DNA of 59,838 nt from Candidatus Bipolaricaulota bacterium (GTDB taxonomy: Bacteria > Bipolaricaulota > Bipolaricaulia > M55B111). Positions 19,481-30,184 of the stretch are shown here, piece by piece. Every line of letters starts with the position of its first letter. The stretch's first letter is position 1. The translations under genes were made by a program, and so were the position numbers. The notes under the pieces were generated by a model, which saw only the letters and a list, made by a program, of their open reading frames with translations, did not search any database and was not told where the DNA came from. The stretch covers positions 1-59,838 of the forward strand of contig JAGXLB010000002.1 of the NCBI GenBank assembly GCA_018334915.1, written 5' to 3'.

Positions 19481-20194
19481 TTAGCCGGGCTCATTTTCTC
19501 CTAAAGCAAAGCCCACAAACATGAGAGTAACCTCGTAAAGCAAAATTAGGGGTACTGCCATAAAAGCCTGAGAGAAGAGGTCGGTGGGGGTTATAAATGC
19601 TGCCACGATAAACGCACCTGCGATAACGTACCTTCTATTTTTCCGTAAAGTGGAAGGGGTTACGAAGCCCAGCCTTACCACCAGAAAGAGAAGCAGGGGG
19701 AGTTCGAAAACAAGACCCGTTGCAAAGGACATCAGGGAGGTAAAGGTTATATAATTGCGGACGGAAAAGCTGGAAACCAGGCTCTTCCCCCCCACGTTCG
19801 CCAGAAACTTCATTGTATAGGGCAATGCAACGAGCAGAGCCAGTGCGAGACCTGAGTAAAATAGGACCCCGCCGAGCAAAAACCCAAGCCTAAACCACTT
19901 TTTCTCTTCATCGAGCAAAGCCGGAAGGATAAATTTCCAGAATTGATAAAGCAACCACGGGGTTGAAAGAATTAACCCTGTTATTACGGCCAGTTTTAGG
20001 TAAGTAAGGAATGCTTCAGTAGGGTGAAGGTAAATTAAGGACTCCTCGCGGGCGGCATCTATGAGGAAACTCAACAGTCGTATTCTGAAATAGTAGGCAG
20101 CACCACCGAGGAAAACGATCGCAACCAGGGAGCTGATTATTCGACTTCTCAGTTCTTCAAGGTGCTCCCCGAGCGGTCGTTCTTCGTCTTTCAT
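19481..20194 (-). CDS. tatC: Twin-arginine translocase subunit TatC (copy 1)
   Basis: 237 aa with six TM helices. N-terminus PLGEHLEELRSRII and the HPTEAFLTYLKLA motif are typical of TatC. Confidence 0.9.
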   Translation of the reverse strand: MKDEERPLGEHLEELRSRIISSLVAIVFLGGAAYYFRIRLLSFLIDAAREESLIYLHPTEAFLTYLKLAVITGLILSTPWLLYQFWKFILPALLDEEKKWFRLGFLLGGVLFYSGLALALLVALPYTMKFLANVGGKSLVSSFSVRNYITFTSLMSFATGLVFELPLLLFLVVRLGFVTPSTLRKNRRYVIAGAFIVAAFITPTDLFSQAFMAVPLILLYEVTLMFVGFALGENEPG

Positions 20195-20218
20195 TCAAAA
20201 ATAATTATGGTATATTTA

Positions 20219-20488
20219 TTATTCTTCGGCTTCAGCTTCGTCTTTGTCTTTGTCTTCGTCGGATTCATCGCCGGAAGCCCTATCAGAATCTTTGCTACCA
20301 GTCTCTGTATCGACGTCTATCGCTTCCTGGGTCTCCTCGTATTGTTCCTGGATCTTCTCCTTCTCCTTGTTGAACTCCCGGACTCCCTTCCCCAGGGATC
20401 GGGCCAGTTCGGGCAACCTCTCGCCACCAAAGATCACGAGAATTATTACCAGGATAATTATTAGTTCAGTTGGTCCCAATCCGAACAT
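20219..20488 (-). CDS. tatA: Twin-arginine translocase subunit TatA/E with an acidic C-terminal tail
   Basis: [39 protein letters not shown] is a canonical TatA TM plus amphipathic helix. Confidence 0.9.
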   Translation of the reverse strand: MFGLGPTELIIILVIILVIFGGERLPELARSLGKGVREFNKEKEKIQEQYEETQEAIDVDTETGSKDSDRASGDESDEDKDKDEAEAEE

Positions 20489-20636
20489 TTGTTAATAACA
20501 CCTCCGGACTTGCTGAGGATATTTTAACGTATTTTATCCCGTAATGTAATACCTAAAGCCAAAAGCTGAGTCGGAATATTTGTTCAACTCTCTTGTTTCT
20601 CTGACTTCCGCACTCCGTAACGAGAATTTAGTACCC

Positions 20637-21353
20637 TTATCGTCTCTCAGCTATTCCTGCAAGCACTATGGATAAACCGTAGAGGATCAGAAGTGGACCC
20701 CAGAGAAACATCTGGGTGATCGGGTCGGGAGGAGTAAGTACTGCCGCCAGTATAGCCGCGCTAATAAGCGCTATCCTCCACTGACTCGTCAGAGTCTTCC
20801 GAGATATCAACCCCAGCCTGGCCAGTCCAAACGAGATCACCGGCATCTCAAAAACGAACCCAAAAATAAGCGTAAACGCCATTACAAACGAGGCGTAGTT
20901 TCCCACGGTGAAAGTAGCCCTTAGGCTCTCTCCGCTTATTCCCTTCAAGAAATCAAGAGCAAAAGGTAAAACTCCAAGAACTGCAAACGCTGCCCCGGAA
21001 TAGAAAAACAGGCTACCGAAACCAAATAACGCCCAGACGAATCCCCTGCTGAACCGCTTGCTCTTTGACAAGAAAGGAGTGGCAGTTTGAATAATCTGGT
21101 ATAAAATATAGGGGGCACTGATAAGCACCCCGACGAACAGAGAAAGTTTGATGTAAGTAAAAAATGCCTCTGTAGGGTGGATAAAAATCAGTTCTTTGTC
21201 TACCAATGGCCTCTGAATAAACTCCAGGACGCGATTCCTGAAGATATAAGCCACGACCCCCACGAGGAGTATCGCGATAAAACTACGGATCAACCGCCCT
21301 CTTAAGTCTTCCGTCTGGTCTAGCAAATCCTGGATCAGGCTACTATTAGCCAC
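20637..21353 (-). CDS. tatC: Twin-arginine translocase subunit TatC (copy 2)
   Basis: 238 aa with HPTEAFFTYIKLS. It is paralogous to copy 1. Confidence 0.9.
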   Translation of the reverse strand: MANSSLIQDLLDQTEDLRGRLIRSFIAILLVGVVAYIFRNRVLEFIQRPLVDKELIFIHPTEAFFTYIKLSLFVGVLISAPYILYQIIQTATPFLSKSKRFSRGFVWALFGFGSLFFYSGAAFAVLGVLPFALDFLKGISGESLRATFTVGNYASFVMAFTLIFGFVFEMPVISFGLARLGLISRKTLTSQWRIALISAAILAAVLTPPDPITQMFLWGPLLILYGLSIVLAGIAERR

Positions 21354-21478
21354 GATAGTTTAGACAGAGATATTTACCAAAGCCCGACGAGACCCCCAGG
21401 ATTTGACCCGGGGATGAATCGGCTGGTTTTTTGACGAGACCCTTATCCCGCGAGGTAACTGACTGGAGAATTGGCATA

Positions 21479-21772
21479 CTAATCATTATCTATAATCTTG
21501 TCCTGAACTTCCTCCGGGTCTAAATCAAGCTCCGAAGCGACCTCTGCAACGTCAACCTCCCCGTCTATTTTATCGGTTAATTCGAGCAATCTTCCGATAT
21601 TAACCTGTTCGTCCAGCCACCTATCTATTTCCGACTTCCTGATCTTCGTCCTGCCGTTAAGTTCCATAGCCTCTAACTCCCCTTCGTCGATTAGGTTCTT
21701 CACTCCTTCGACGCTCAACCCGGCATATTTCGCTACGTCCGATACTGACAGGTACGCTTCAAGTTTATTCAC
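21479..21772 (-). CDS. Small helix-turn-helix DNA-binding protein (excisionase/MerR-like HTH) with an acidic tail
   Basis: LSVSDVAKYAGLSVEGVKNLIDEGELEAMELNGRTKIRKSEIDRWL matches the excisionase-family HTH pattern. Confidence 0.5.
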   Translation of the reverse strand: MNKLEAYLSVSDVAKYAGLSVEGVKNLIDEGELEAMELNGRTKIRKSEIDRWLDEQVNIGRLLELTDKIDGEVDVAEVASELDLDPEEVQDKIIDND

Positions 21773-21832
21773 GATATCACCCGAGAAGTTTTATCCATTT
21801 AGGACTAAAATTAGTGATAATAGCGAGAGCTA

Positions 21833-23266
21833 TTAATTCCGGTCAACCGTCCAGGTGGACACACCTTCCTGGTCCTTGACTTCGACCCCCATTTCTTTTA
21901 GCTCAGACCTTATTCGATCGGCGAGTTCCCAGTCCTGCTTTTCCCTGAGCGCGTTTCTTACTTCCAGCAGTAGTTCTAGCAGATCTTCCTCCAGGCCAAA
22001 GGGGGAAACCTTGGCTCTGCCCTGAAATAGACCAAGAGGCTCCGACAGTTCCATCACTTTTTCCTTAGCTTTTTGTAGCAAATGCTCGTTTTCGCTTTTA
22101 CCCTCGTCCCTGAATTTATTCGCCCGCTTTACAAGGTCAAATATTACTCCCAGACCTCCCGGAGTATTGAAGTCGCTATCCATTTCTCCTTCATACCGAT
22201 CCCGGGCGGATTCAATCCGGTCCAGCAATTTTTTGCCCGAATCCGACAGAGAAGCTTCCGAACCGTCTTCGTCCGTATCCAGTTCCTCAACGGTTCTTAT
22301 GAATTCGTAAACCCTATCTACTGCGCTCTTCGCATCTTCCAGGTTCTTCTCACTGAAATTAAGTGGCTTTCTGTAATGCGTGGAAAAGTAGAAGTACCTT
22401 ACGGTCTCTCTGTCGTATTCTTCCAGAACATCCCGGGCGTACTCGAAGTTCCCCAGCGATTTCGACATTTTTTCACCTTCGAACTCCAGCAGTCCGTTAT
22501 GTATCCAGTAACGACAGAACTGCTTCCCGGTTCTTGCTTCTGACTGGGCTATTTCGTTTTCGTGATGAGGGAATATGAGATCGTGGCCACCGGCGTGAAT
22601 ATCTATAGTATCCCCCAGCGTGGTCTGAGCCATGACGGAACATTCGATGTGCCAGCCAGGCCGACCTCTACCCCAGGGGCTATCCCAGCCCGGCTCGTCC
22701 GGATCGGAACTCTTCCAGAGGGCAAAGTCGAGCGGGTCCTCTTTCTCGGCTTCTACCTCCACCCGGGCGCCACTTTTCAGATCATCTATCGATCGACCTG
22801 AAAGCTTGCCGTAATCCGAGAACTCTCTAACCCTGAAGTAGACATCCCCTTCCACCTCGTATCCGTATCCTTTTTCGACCAGTGCACTTACGTGTTCGAT
22901 TATTTCATCCACGTATTCAGTGACTCTCGGTACGTAATCGGCCTCTTTTACTCCCAGCCTATCCAGGTCTTCGAAATAAGCTTCGGCATACTTTTCCGCA
23001 AGCTCTTCCGGCTCTACACCTTCTTCTTCCGCCCGATCGATTATCTTGTCATCGAGATCAGTTACATTCTGGGTAAATTCGACTTTGTAGCCTTTAAATT
23101 CGAGATACCGGCGGAGGCCGTCAAAGACGATAAATGGTCTGGCATTACCAATATGGAAGTAATCGTAGACCGTCGGTCCGCAGCTATAGAAACGGACCTT
23201 ATCATCTTCGAGCGGCTCGAATTTTTCCTGCTCTCCCTTCAGTGTGTTGTAAAGATGCAACATCAA
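21833..23266 (-). CDS. cysS: Cysteine--tRNA ligase
   Basis: HIGH-type motif HIGNARP, KMSKS motif and a class I CysRS-like layout; 477 aa. Confidence 0.95.
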   Translation of the reverse strand: MMLHLYNTLKGEQEKFEPLEDDKVRFYSCGPTVYDYFHIGNARPFIVFDGLRRYLEFKGYKVEFTQNVTDLDDKIIDRAEEEGVEPEELAEKYAEAYFEDLDRLGVKEADYVPRVTEYVDEIIEHVSALVEKGYGYEVEGDVYFRVREFSDYGKLSGRSIDDLKSGARVEVEAEKEDPLDFALWKSSDPDEPGWDSPWGRGRPGWHIECSVMAQTTLGDTIDIHAGGHDLIFPHHENEIAQSEARTGKQFCRYWIHNGLLEFEGEKMSKSLGNFEYARDVLEEYDRETVRYFYFSTHYRKPLNFSEKNLEDAKSAVDRVYEFIRTVEELDTDEDGSEASLSDSGKKLLDRIESARDRYEGEMDSDFNTPGGLGVIFDLVKRANKFRDEGKSENEHLLQKAKEKVMELSEPLGLFQGRAKVSPFGLEEDLLELLLEVRNALREKQDWELADRIRSELKEMGVEVKDQEGVSTWTVDRN

Positions 23267-23568
23267 CGTTCACCTTTAAGTCGGACGATAATTGCTAATC
23301 GCGAAGAATATGCCATTCAGCAAGACCCGAATAAAATTAATCCCCGAAAAAGCAAGCCAAAACCATCCAGTGTGAGACAGTATAAGTAAGTCCTAGAAGA
23401 AATACAATCCACCCCTTCCTTAACTAGTTGGATAAGGGCATAACTGGCAATTACTGCTCCCGTCCATTATACATAAGTAGAACAGTTAAACCGGAGTTTC
23501 TGGCAAATCCGGGAAAGAAATAATTTGGGACCATCAGTTTACCATTTCTTAAGTGAGAAAATTGTAAA

Positions 23569-24117
23569 ATGACTGACGAAAATCTTCCTAACGCACTAAC
23601 CGTATTTAGAATACTCTCCGTGCCTTTTGTGATGTTCCTCCTGTTGTCGGGCTTTAACCTGGCCGCCCTGGCACTGTTTTTGTTCGCCTCCGTTACCGAT
23701 CTTGCTGACGGGTATCTGGCAAGGAAATACGATAGAACTAGTCCGTTCGGTAAATTTGCCGATCCAATTGCGGACAAGCTACTGGTTTCTGCGGTCTTTA
23801 TCACGTTCATCCAGCTGGGAAAACTCACTGCGGTGCCTGTGGTGGTAATAATCAGCAGAGAATTTCTGGTAACAGGCCTTCGACTACTGGGAGCCACAGT
23901 GGAAAAAGTCATCTCGGCCAGCTGGTTTGGGAAGACAAAGACGGTATCCCATATAATCCTTATCGTCGCCATTACAATAAACCTGGAGTTCCAGTTAGTC
24001 TGGCTGAAAATGTCCATCCCGTGGTTGATCTACCTGGCAATAGCAACCGCGGTCGCATCCGGCGTGGACTATCTTGTCAGCAATAGAAAGTTAATCAAGG
24101 AATGTTTTTTGGATTAG
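23569..24117 (+). CDS. pgsA: CDP-diacylglycerol--glycerol-3-phosphate 3-phosphatidyltransferase
   Basis: CDP-alcohol phosphatidyltransferase motif DLADGYLARKYDRTSPFGKFADPIADK; 182 aa, multi-TM. Confidence 0.88.
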   Translation: MTDENLPNALTVFRILSVPFVMFLLLSGFNLAALALFLFASVTDLADGYLARKYDRTSPFGKFADPIADKLLVSAVFITFIQLGKLTAVPVVVIISREFLVTGLRLLGATVEKVISASWFGKTKTVSHIILIVAITINLEFQLVWLKMSIPWLIYLAIATAVASGVDYLVSNRKLIKECFLD

Positions 24118-24140
24118 CGCCTGGTGGTACCTGATAACAG

Positions 24141-24497
24141 TCAGGCTGTTTTTAACTTTTTCCGAGGATAAAACCTATCCACCCAGAGGTCGTCCAGGTC
24201 ATAGAAGTGCCTGACGTCTTCGTCAAAGAGGTGGACCATTACTTCGCCGTAATCCAGGACTATCCAGGAGCCAGCATCAAGTCCTTCTTTGTGAACCGCC
24301 TCTTCTTCGTATTTTTCCAGTAACTCCTCGGCCAGTGCCCTAACGTGCTTGGGATTCGTACCATTTGCCAGAACGAAGAATCGGGTAGCAATAGTATGGT
24401 CTCTCATATCCAGGACCTTCGCCTGTTCCCCCTTCTTGTCCTCAATAATCTCCAGCAATCTTAAAAGATCCTGTTTTTCCTGGTCGTTAAGAGACAA
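24141..24497 (-). CDS. rsfS: Ribosome silencing factor RsfS (Iojap family)
   Basis: 118 aa. The pattern DYGEVMVHLFDEDVRHFYDLDDLW is typical of RsfS. Confidence 0.88.
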   Translation of the reverse strand: MSLNDQEKQDLLRLLEIIEDKKGEQAKVLDMRDHTIATRFFVLANGTNPKHVRALAEELLEKYEEEAVHKEGLDAGSWIVLDYGEVMVHLFDEDVRHFYDLDDLWVDRFYPRKKLKTA

Positions 24498-25680
24498 AGT
24501 CTGGTGATCCCTCTCCCATTATCAATAACATATTCGTTTCAGGAGGTGGGTCGACACCCGCACCCTCCAGTGAAGTCATGGTTTCCTGAAAGTCTTCCGA
24601 GCTAACGATCTCCGGGTCAAAATCAAGTTCCTGAGCAATCAAATCAGCCATTTCCTCGCCTTTATCGTTTAACGTAACAAGATAACTGGTTTCGTAGTCA
24701 AACCGATCCGCGTTGTCCGTGCCAGTTACCGAAAAGCCTAAGCCTGTAAGCCTGTCCGCCGCATTCCTCGCTAGATAATTACTTCCCTCACCGTTCAATA
24801 TATAAACCTTCGCATCAGCGTTGCTAACCATATTTACACCGTTGACTTCCTGCGCAACTACCTTTCTGGTTTCCACAATCCGGGGTAGCAGTACAGATTT
24901 ATTTTCAACTCTTTCCGGTTTCCCGGATAGAGTTACCATATTAAAGTCCTCCGTCCCAAGATCCTTCAAGGTTCTCCCGAGATCGTACATGTCCATCAGG
25001 GAAAGATTCGTCTTTGCGTACTTACGGCCCGTATTAATGACGTCTTTTATTTGGGACCAACCCTCAAGATTTACGCCACCCTGGAGAAGAGCCCTGAGGA
25101 ACTTCTGTTGTCTATTAATCCGCTGAAGGTCGCTCTGGTTACCTCGGTACCTTACATAGCCCATGGCATCTTCGCCGCTCAGGGTCTGGGTGCCGGGGTC
25201 TATATCTATATCCAAGCCCCCTGCCTCGTCCGTATACTCTAACCGCTTTTCTACCGTTATCTCGACCCCTCCCATTAGATCAACTATTTCTTTGAACCCC
25301 TCGTAATCGAGAACGATATAAAAGTTAATCGGTACTCCCAAAAAGTTTGATGCCATTTCACGGGCCAGCTTCGCCCCGTCTATTGCGTAGGCAGCGTTAA
25401 CTCGACGGAAATTTCCATCCGGATACTTCAGAAAAAGGTCCCGAGGTATGGAGATTAAACTGGCTTTGTCCTTAGCAGTGTCTATGCTGGCAAGCATCAT
25501 CGTATCGCTCCGCCGCGCCTGAGCTCCCTCTATATAGTCGATACCCAGGACGAGAAGGTTGATCCTTTCCCCTTTTTTGACCAGCTCATTTACGTCTCGC
25601 TGATTATAGAGATAAATCCCGATCCCGGATCCGACTATTAATACTACCAGAACAACCGATATCGTTATTTTCCATTTCAT
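24487..25680 (-). CDS. LytR-CpsA-Psr (LCP) family cell-envelope protein with a LytR_C-like C-terminal domain
   Basis: N-terminal TM helix, then LLVLGIDY...RSDTMMLASID...ISIPRDL. Confidence 0.8.
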   Translation of the reverse strand: MKWKITISVVLVVLIVGSGIGIYLYNQRDVNELVKKGERINLLVLGIDYIEGAQARRSDTMMLASIDTAKDKASLISIPRDLFLKYPDGNFRRVNAAYAIDGAKLAREMASNFLGVPINFYIVLDYEGFKEIVDLMGGVEITVEKRLEYTDEAGGLDIDIDPGTQTLSGEDAMGYVRYRGNQSDLQRINRQQKFLRALLQGGVNLEGWSQIKDVINTGRKYAKTNLSLMDMYDLGRTLKDLGTEDFNMVTLSGKPERVENKSVLLPRIVETRKVVAQEVNGVNMVSNADAKVYILNGEGSNYLARNAADRLTGLGFSVTGTDNADRFDYETSYLVTLNDKGEEMADLIAQELDFDPEIVSSEDFQETMTSLEGAGVDPPPETNMLLIMGEGSPDFVS

Positions 25681-25787
25681 CTTAACATCACGCTTAACTT
25701 AACGTATCCTTGTGGATAAGTCAAGGATTTAGGTAAAGACCCGGGCAGCTTTGAATAAGGGGGCTCTTGGCTCTATAATAAAGGGAA

Positions 25788-26321
25788 ATGGAAGATAACT
25801 ACGTAAAATTAGCCAAAAAGGCAGTCCAAAAGGCTGTCATGGGTGAAAATCCAGGGGGAATTCAGAGCCTAAAAGAATCGTTGCCTGACGAGCCTCGAGG
25901 CACGTTTGTAACCCTGAAAAAGACCAGTGGAGAGCTTCGCGGCTGTATGGGAACATATACGCCGGTTACGGAGTCAGTTGGGGAAGAGATAATAAGGAAC
26001 GCTTCTTCGGCCGCTCTGGAAGATCCCAGGTTTCCCCCGGTCAAGCCAGGTGAATTGGGTGATTTGTCAATATCGGTCGATATATTGTTCCAGCCGGAAG
26101 TTTGTGACCGGGAGGACTTGAATCCCGACAAATACGGGATTATCGTCGAGAAAGGGCCGAGATCGGGCCTGCTTTTACCCGATCTGGAGGGGATCGATTC
26201 GGTTGAAGAACAACTCGAGGTAACAAAAAACAAGGCAGGCATCCCTCCGAATGACGAGAACTTCGTAATTAAACGCTTCGAAGTCGAAAGACACGAGGGA
26301 GAAACACCCATTGGTAATTAA
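25788..26321 (+). CDS. AMMECR1 domain protein
   Basis: Conserved LRGCMGT motif and a length of 177 aa. Confidence 0.8.
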   Translation: MEDNYVKLAKKAVQKAVMGENPGGIQSLKESLPDEPRGTFVTLKKTSGELRGCMGTYTPVTESVGEEIIRNASSAALEDPRFPPVKPGELGDLSISVDILFQPEVCDREDLNPDKYGIIVEKGPRSGLLLPDLEGIDSVEEQLEVTKNKAGIPPNDENFVIKRFEVERHEGETPIGN

Positions 26322-26365
26322 TTTTATCCCATCTTTTAGCCATACCTGAAACTTTAATCAATAAT

Positions 26366-27733
26366 ATGACCAAGAAAGTGGCTTTCTATACGTTAGGCTG
26401 TAAAGCAAACCAATATGATACCGAAATTATGAAAGATGCCCTGAGGGGGAAACAGGATTACCGGGTTGTGGCCTTTTCCGAAAATCCCGATGTAGCTTTC
26501 ATAAATACCTGCAGCGTCACCGGCGGGGCGGATCGAAAATCACGCAAATATATTCGACGTGCTGTCCGAAAAGGGGCTCTGGTACTGGTAACTGGTTGTT
26601 ATACCACGTTAGATTCCGACGAAATTGCCGACATTTCCGGAGTGGATGTCATATTTCCCAATTCCCAAAAGTACGGAGTAGCTGAAATCATGAGCAGAGC
26701 CGAATCCGGTTTCCGGGGTAAAGTTAAAGACACCGAGGGTCCTAACTGGGACCTGGACCAGCGGGTTATCTCCCGGGACAGCAATCATACCAGGGCGTTC
26801 TTAAAGATCCAGGACGGCTGCAGCAATGCCTGTACGTTTTGCAAAGTGCATTACCTGAGGGGACCAACCCGGAGTAAATCCCGGCCAAGAGTTATAGAGG
26901 AAGCCAGTAAACTGGGAGATAACGGGTTTCGGGAAATAGTGTTAACAGGAATCAACCTGGCAGAATACGGAGAAGAAACTGGAGGGCTGGCCGAGCTAAT
27001 TCGGGGGCTTTCCAGGGTCGAAAAAATATCGAGAATAAGGCTGAGTTCAATCAATCCCGACGGTATAACCGGTGATTTACTTGAGGCGTTCAAAGATTCC
27101 GAAAAGACCTGCCCCTACTTTCACGTTCCGCTGCAATCCGGTTCGGATAATATACTAAATGCAATGAACAGGGGTTACTCGAGGGAATACTACCTGAGGA
27201 AAATAGACTCGATCAGAAGTTACTTGCCCGAATCAACAATCGGAACAGATCTGATGGTAGGTTTCCCGGGGGAGAAGGAAAGAGATTACCTCCGAACCAA
27301 GGAAACGGTGAGAGAGGTAGGTCTAATAAACGGGCACGTATTCCGCTATTCACCCCGTCCCGTTACTCCGGCGTCCGATTTCGAAGATAAAGTAGATTCT
27401 TCCGTTAAAAAGAGAAGAGCTAAGGAGCTGCGTTCGCTTGTATCATCGATAAGCCTGGATAGAAAAAGGAAATTCAAGGGAAATAGCCTGGATATGATAA
27501 TAGAAGAACCTAGTAATAAGGTTGATGGCTGGAGAGGCCATTCGAAAAACTATCTGGATATTCACTTTCGGCAAGAAGGCCAAATTGGAGAGCTCGAACC
27601 GGGAGAGACGGTGAAAGTCAACGTAACAAAAGCAAAAGAAGACTTTTGCCTGGCCGAGTCCTTAAAATCGGCTCGAGGATGTCAAAAGGTATCGAAAGTA
27701 GTCGAAGCAGGGAAAGAAAAAAGCAGGGAGTGA
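26366..27733 (+). CDS. mtaB: Radical-SAM methylthiotransferase, MiaB/MtaB family (MtaB-like)
   Basis: N-terminal UPF0004 domain (TLGCKANQYDTE), radical SAM CSNACTFCKV and a C-terminal TRAM-like region. Confidence 0.75.
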   Translation: MTKKVAFYTLGCKANQYDTEIMKDALRGKQDYRVVAFSENPDVAFINTCSVTGGADRKSRKYIRRAVRKGALVLVTGCYTTLDSDEIADISGVDVIFPNSQKYGVAEIMSRAESGFRGKVKDTEGPNWDLDQRVISRDSNHTRAFLKIQDGCSNACTFCKVHYLRGPTRSKSRPRVIEEASKLGDNGFREIVLTGINLAEYGEETGGLAELIRGLSRVEKISRIRLSSINPDGITGDLLEAFKDSEKTCPYFHVPLQSGSDNILNAMNRGYSREYYLRKIDSIRSYLPESTIGTDLMVGFPGEKERDYLRTKETVREVGLINGHVFRYSPRPVTPASDFEDKVDSSVKKRRAKELRSLVSSISLDRKRKFKGNSLDMIIEEPSNKVDGWRGHSKNYLDIHFRQEGQIGELEPGETVKVNVTKAKEDFCLAESLKSARGCQKVSKVVEAGKEKSRE

Positions 27734-28707
27734 TGAAAATCGACGATAACGAGAAGACAATAGAACGAGAACTGACCCTTAGGGATCATGACCAAACTGT
27801 GACTCTGTTGGGTCAGTATAACAAGAACCTGGATTACATTCGCGAGAACTTTGACGCCCAGATAATAGTCCGGGACGGAACCATAAAAATATCAGGAAAA
27901 GAAAAAGAGGTAAAGCAGGTTCGATCACTCTTTGACGAACTTCTGGAAATGATCGACGCGGGCCAATCTCTGAAACTCGAAGAGGTCAAAAGGCTAACCC
28001 GCATGGCAAAGGAAGGAAAAAGCCGAGAGCTAAAAGGGGTTCTTTCCGACGTCATCCAGACTACGTATTGGGGAGAGCAGATTAAGCCCAAATCGATCAA
28101 TCAGAAAGAATACGTAGAGGCAATTCGGGAAAAGGATATCGTATTCTGCATTGGTCCTGCCGGTACTGGTAAAACCTACCTCGCGGTGGCTATGGGAATA
28201 GAATTCTTGAAAAAGGGAAAGGTCAAAAGGATGATACTCACCAGGCCAGCAGTCGAAGCCGGTGAAGAGCTGGGGTTTTTACCCGGTGATATGCAGGCAA
28301 AAGTTAACCCCTATTTGAGACCTCTCTACGATGCGATTTACGACATGATACCGGGGGAAGAGTTCGAGAGGCTAAAAGAAGACGGAAGGATTGAGATAGC
28401 CCCCCTGGCTTTTATGAGAGGAAGGACGCTAAATAATTCCTTTGTGATTCTGGACGAAGCTCAAAACACGACTTCGACCCAGCTTAAAATGTTCCTGACC
28501 AGGTTGGGATTCGACTCGAAAGCCGTGATCACTGGTGATATCACTCAGATAGACCTAAAGAAAGACGTCTCGGGATTGAGCCACGATCGGAAATTCCTGG
28601 AAAATATACCCGGGATTGAATTCATTTACCTTACCAAAACGGACGTCGTAAGGCACGATCTCGTCAAGAAAATCATTGAAGCCTACGAAGAAGAAGATGA
28701 AAAATAA
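27733..28707 (+). CDS. phoH: PhoH-like ATPase
   Basis: Walker A GPAGTGKTY and ILDEAQN. The start ATG at 27733 overlaps the mtaB stop (TGATG). The longer track ORF is an upstream extension. Confidence 0.88.
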   Translation: MKIDDNEKTIERELTLRDHDQTVTLLGQYNKNLDYIRENFDAQIIVRDGTIKISGKEKEVKQVRSLFDELLEMIDAGQSLKLEEVKRLTRMAKEGKSRELKGVLSDVIQTTYWGEQIKPKSINQKEYVEAIREKDIVFCIGPAGTGKTYLAVAMGIEFLKKGKVKRMILTRPAVEAGEELGFLPGDMQAKVNPYLRPLYDAIYDMIPGEEFERLKEDGRIEIAPLAFMRGRTLNNSFVILDEAQNTTSTQLKMFLTRLGFDSKAVITGDITQIDLKKDVSGLSHDRKFLENIPGIEFIYLTKTDVVRHDLVKKIIEAYEEEDEK

Positions 28708-30184
28708 CGACAACAACGGGAGAATTTCAGGGATCATCGAAACTCTAACCGGGCCTTCCATCAAAGGCGGTTCTAAGAGGGGACTTCTTCTGTCAGCGTA
28801 CGTTCTGGTTATTTCCTTCCTGTTTACCTTTAATTTTAATAGCAGTGAGCCCTTTTTTGTTTTTCTACCCTGGAAGATAGCGGTCTCACACGGCCTGGTA
28901 GTTGCTATTTCGGCGGTTGCGACGATATCTTACCTCTCTATAAGGAATGAAAAATTAACCTCGGATACAAGGTTAATGACTTTCCTTATGGGAACTACTT
29001 TCATATTGCTGCTCACGATAAAGGGGGCGGAACTCGTTTCCCTGTACCTGGTACCCGTAGCATTCGCCACCGCGCTGACTGCTCTTTTCCTCGATTTCGA
29101 AACCGGTCTCAGTCTTAACCTTTTCCTGGCAATCGCCGTCGGGGTTCAGTCGGGAATTTCAGGATCGTTAGGACCGGTTATTATCGCTTTTGCCGGGGGG
29201 CTTGTCGGTATACTGGAAACTAGAGATATAAATAGAATGTCCGATCTGACAAGTATAGGTATCTCCGTCGGTCTGGTTAACGCCGTACTGGTATTCGCGT
29301 TTAGATTCCCCACGCTTTCTTCCCCGTTCATCGTAAATCTGGACTGGCCCAATTACTGGTGGGCTGTCTTGAACGGCCTGATTAGTGCGCTGTTTATTGC
29401 AGCTGCAGTACCTACAGCCGAACGAATAACTCAAATTACGAGCCCCATAGGACTGATGGAATTACTCAACCCCTCCCATCCGTTGATGGAAAGGTTGAGG
29501 TCCGAAACCCCCGGGACATATCATCACAGCCAGAACATCGCAAGCCTGGGAGAAAGCGCGGCAAGAGCTATAGGAGCGGACCCTCTTTTAACCAAAGTAG
29601 GAGGCTATTACCACGATATCGGTAAGATGGTCCGTCCGGACTTTTTCATCGAAAACCAATCCAGCAATTCGAATCCCCACAACGACCTGACACCTTCAAT
29701 GAGTAAAATCGTCCTCACTTCCCACATCAAACAGGGAATAAATCTCGGTAAAAGATACGGGCTGCGCGAGGACGTGCTTTGCTTTATACCGAGTCACCAC
29801 GGTACTTCTCTGATAAAATACTTCTATCTCAAGGCACTGAGAGAGGGAAGAGAGGAAGTCGATTTCCCCGAAAGTGATTTCCGTTACGAGGGTGAATTAC
29901 CGAAGAGAAAAGAAACGACGATCATAGCCCTGGCCGATCCCGTAGAAGCAGCATCTCACACTCTAGATAACGTGGGACAGGAGCTTGCGGACATGGTGGA
30001 AGAACAGATAGATTCCAAAATAGAAGACGGTCAGCTCGATAATAGCCCGGTGACTATGGATGATATAGCGGCAATAAAAGAGGCCTTCGTTTCTACACTT
30101 CGGGCGATGGATCAGCGTAGGGTAAAGGACTATCCCGAGGAACGGGCTGATGAACTCGGGGTGAGCGAGCTTGGAGAGGAATGA
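28676..30184 (+). CDS. pgpH: 7TM receptor with intracellular HD hydrolase domain (PgpH/YqfF-like, putative c-di-AMP phosphodiesterase)
   Basis: Seven TM helices followed by an HD domain (HHSQNIA...YHDIGK...SHHG). The conserved phoH-pgpH gene order is present. The start may be the TTG at 28676 or the ATG at 28697. Confidence 0.75.
   Translation: MKPTKKKMKNNDNNGRISGIIETLTGPSIKGGSKRGLLLSAYVLVISFLFTFNFNSSEPFFVFLPWKIAVSHGLVVAISAVATISYLSIRNEKLTSDTRLMTFLMGTTFILLLTIKGAELVSLYLVPVAFATALTALFLDFETGLSLNLFLAIAVGVQSGISGSLGPVIIAFAGGLVGILETRDINRMSDLTSIGISVGLVNAVLVFAFRFPTLSSPFIVNLDWPNYWWAVLNGLISALFIAAAVPTAERITQITSPIGLMELLNPSHPLMERLRSETPGTYHHSQNIASLGESAARAIGADPLLTKVGGYYHDIGKMVRPDFFIENQSSNSNPHNDLTPSMSKIVLTSHIKQGINLGKRYGLREDVLCFIPSHHGTSLIKYFYLKALREGREEVDFPESDFRYEGELPKRKETTIIALADPVEAASHTLDNVGQELADMVEEQIDSKIEDGQLDNSPVTMDDIAAIKEAFVSTLRAMDQRRVKDYPEERADELGVSELGEE

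Noticed and set aside
23451-24017. A 188-aa ORF antisense to pgsA.
   Set aside because: It is a shadow ORF opposite a gene with an unambiguous CDP-alcohol phosphatidyltransferase motif.
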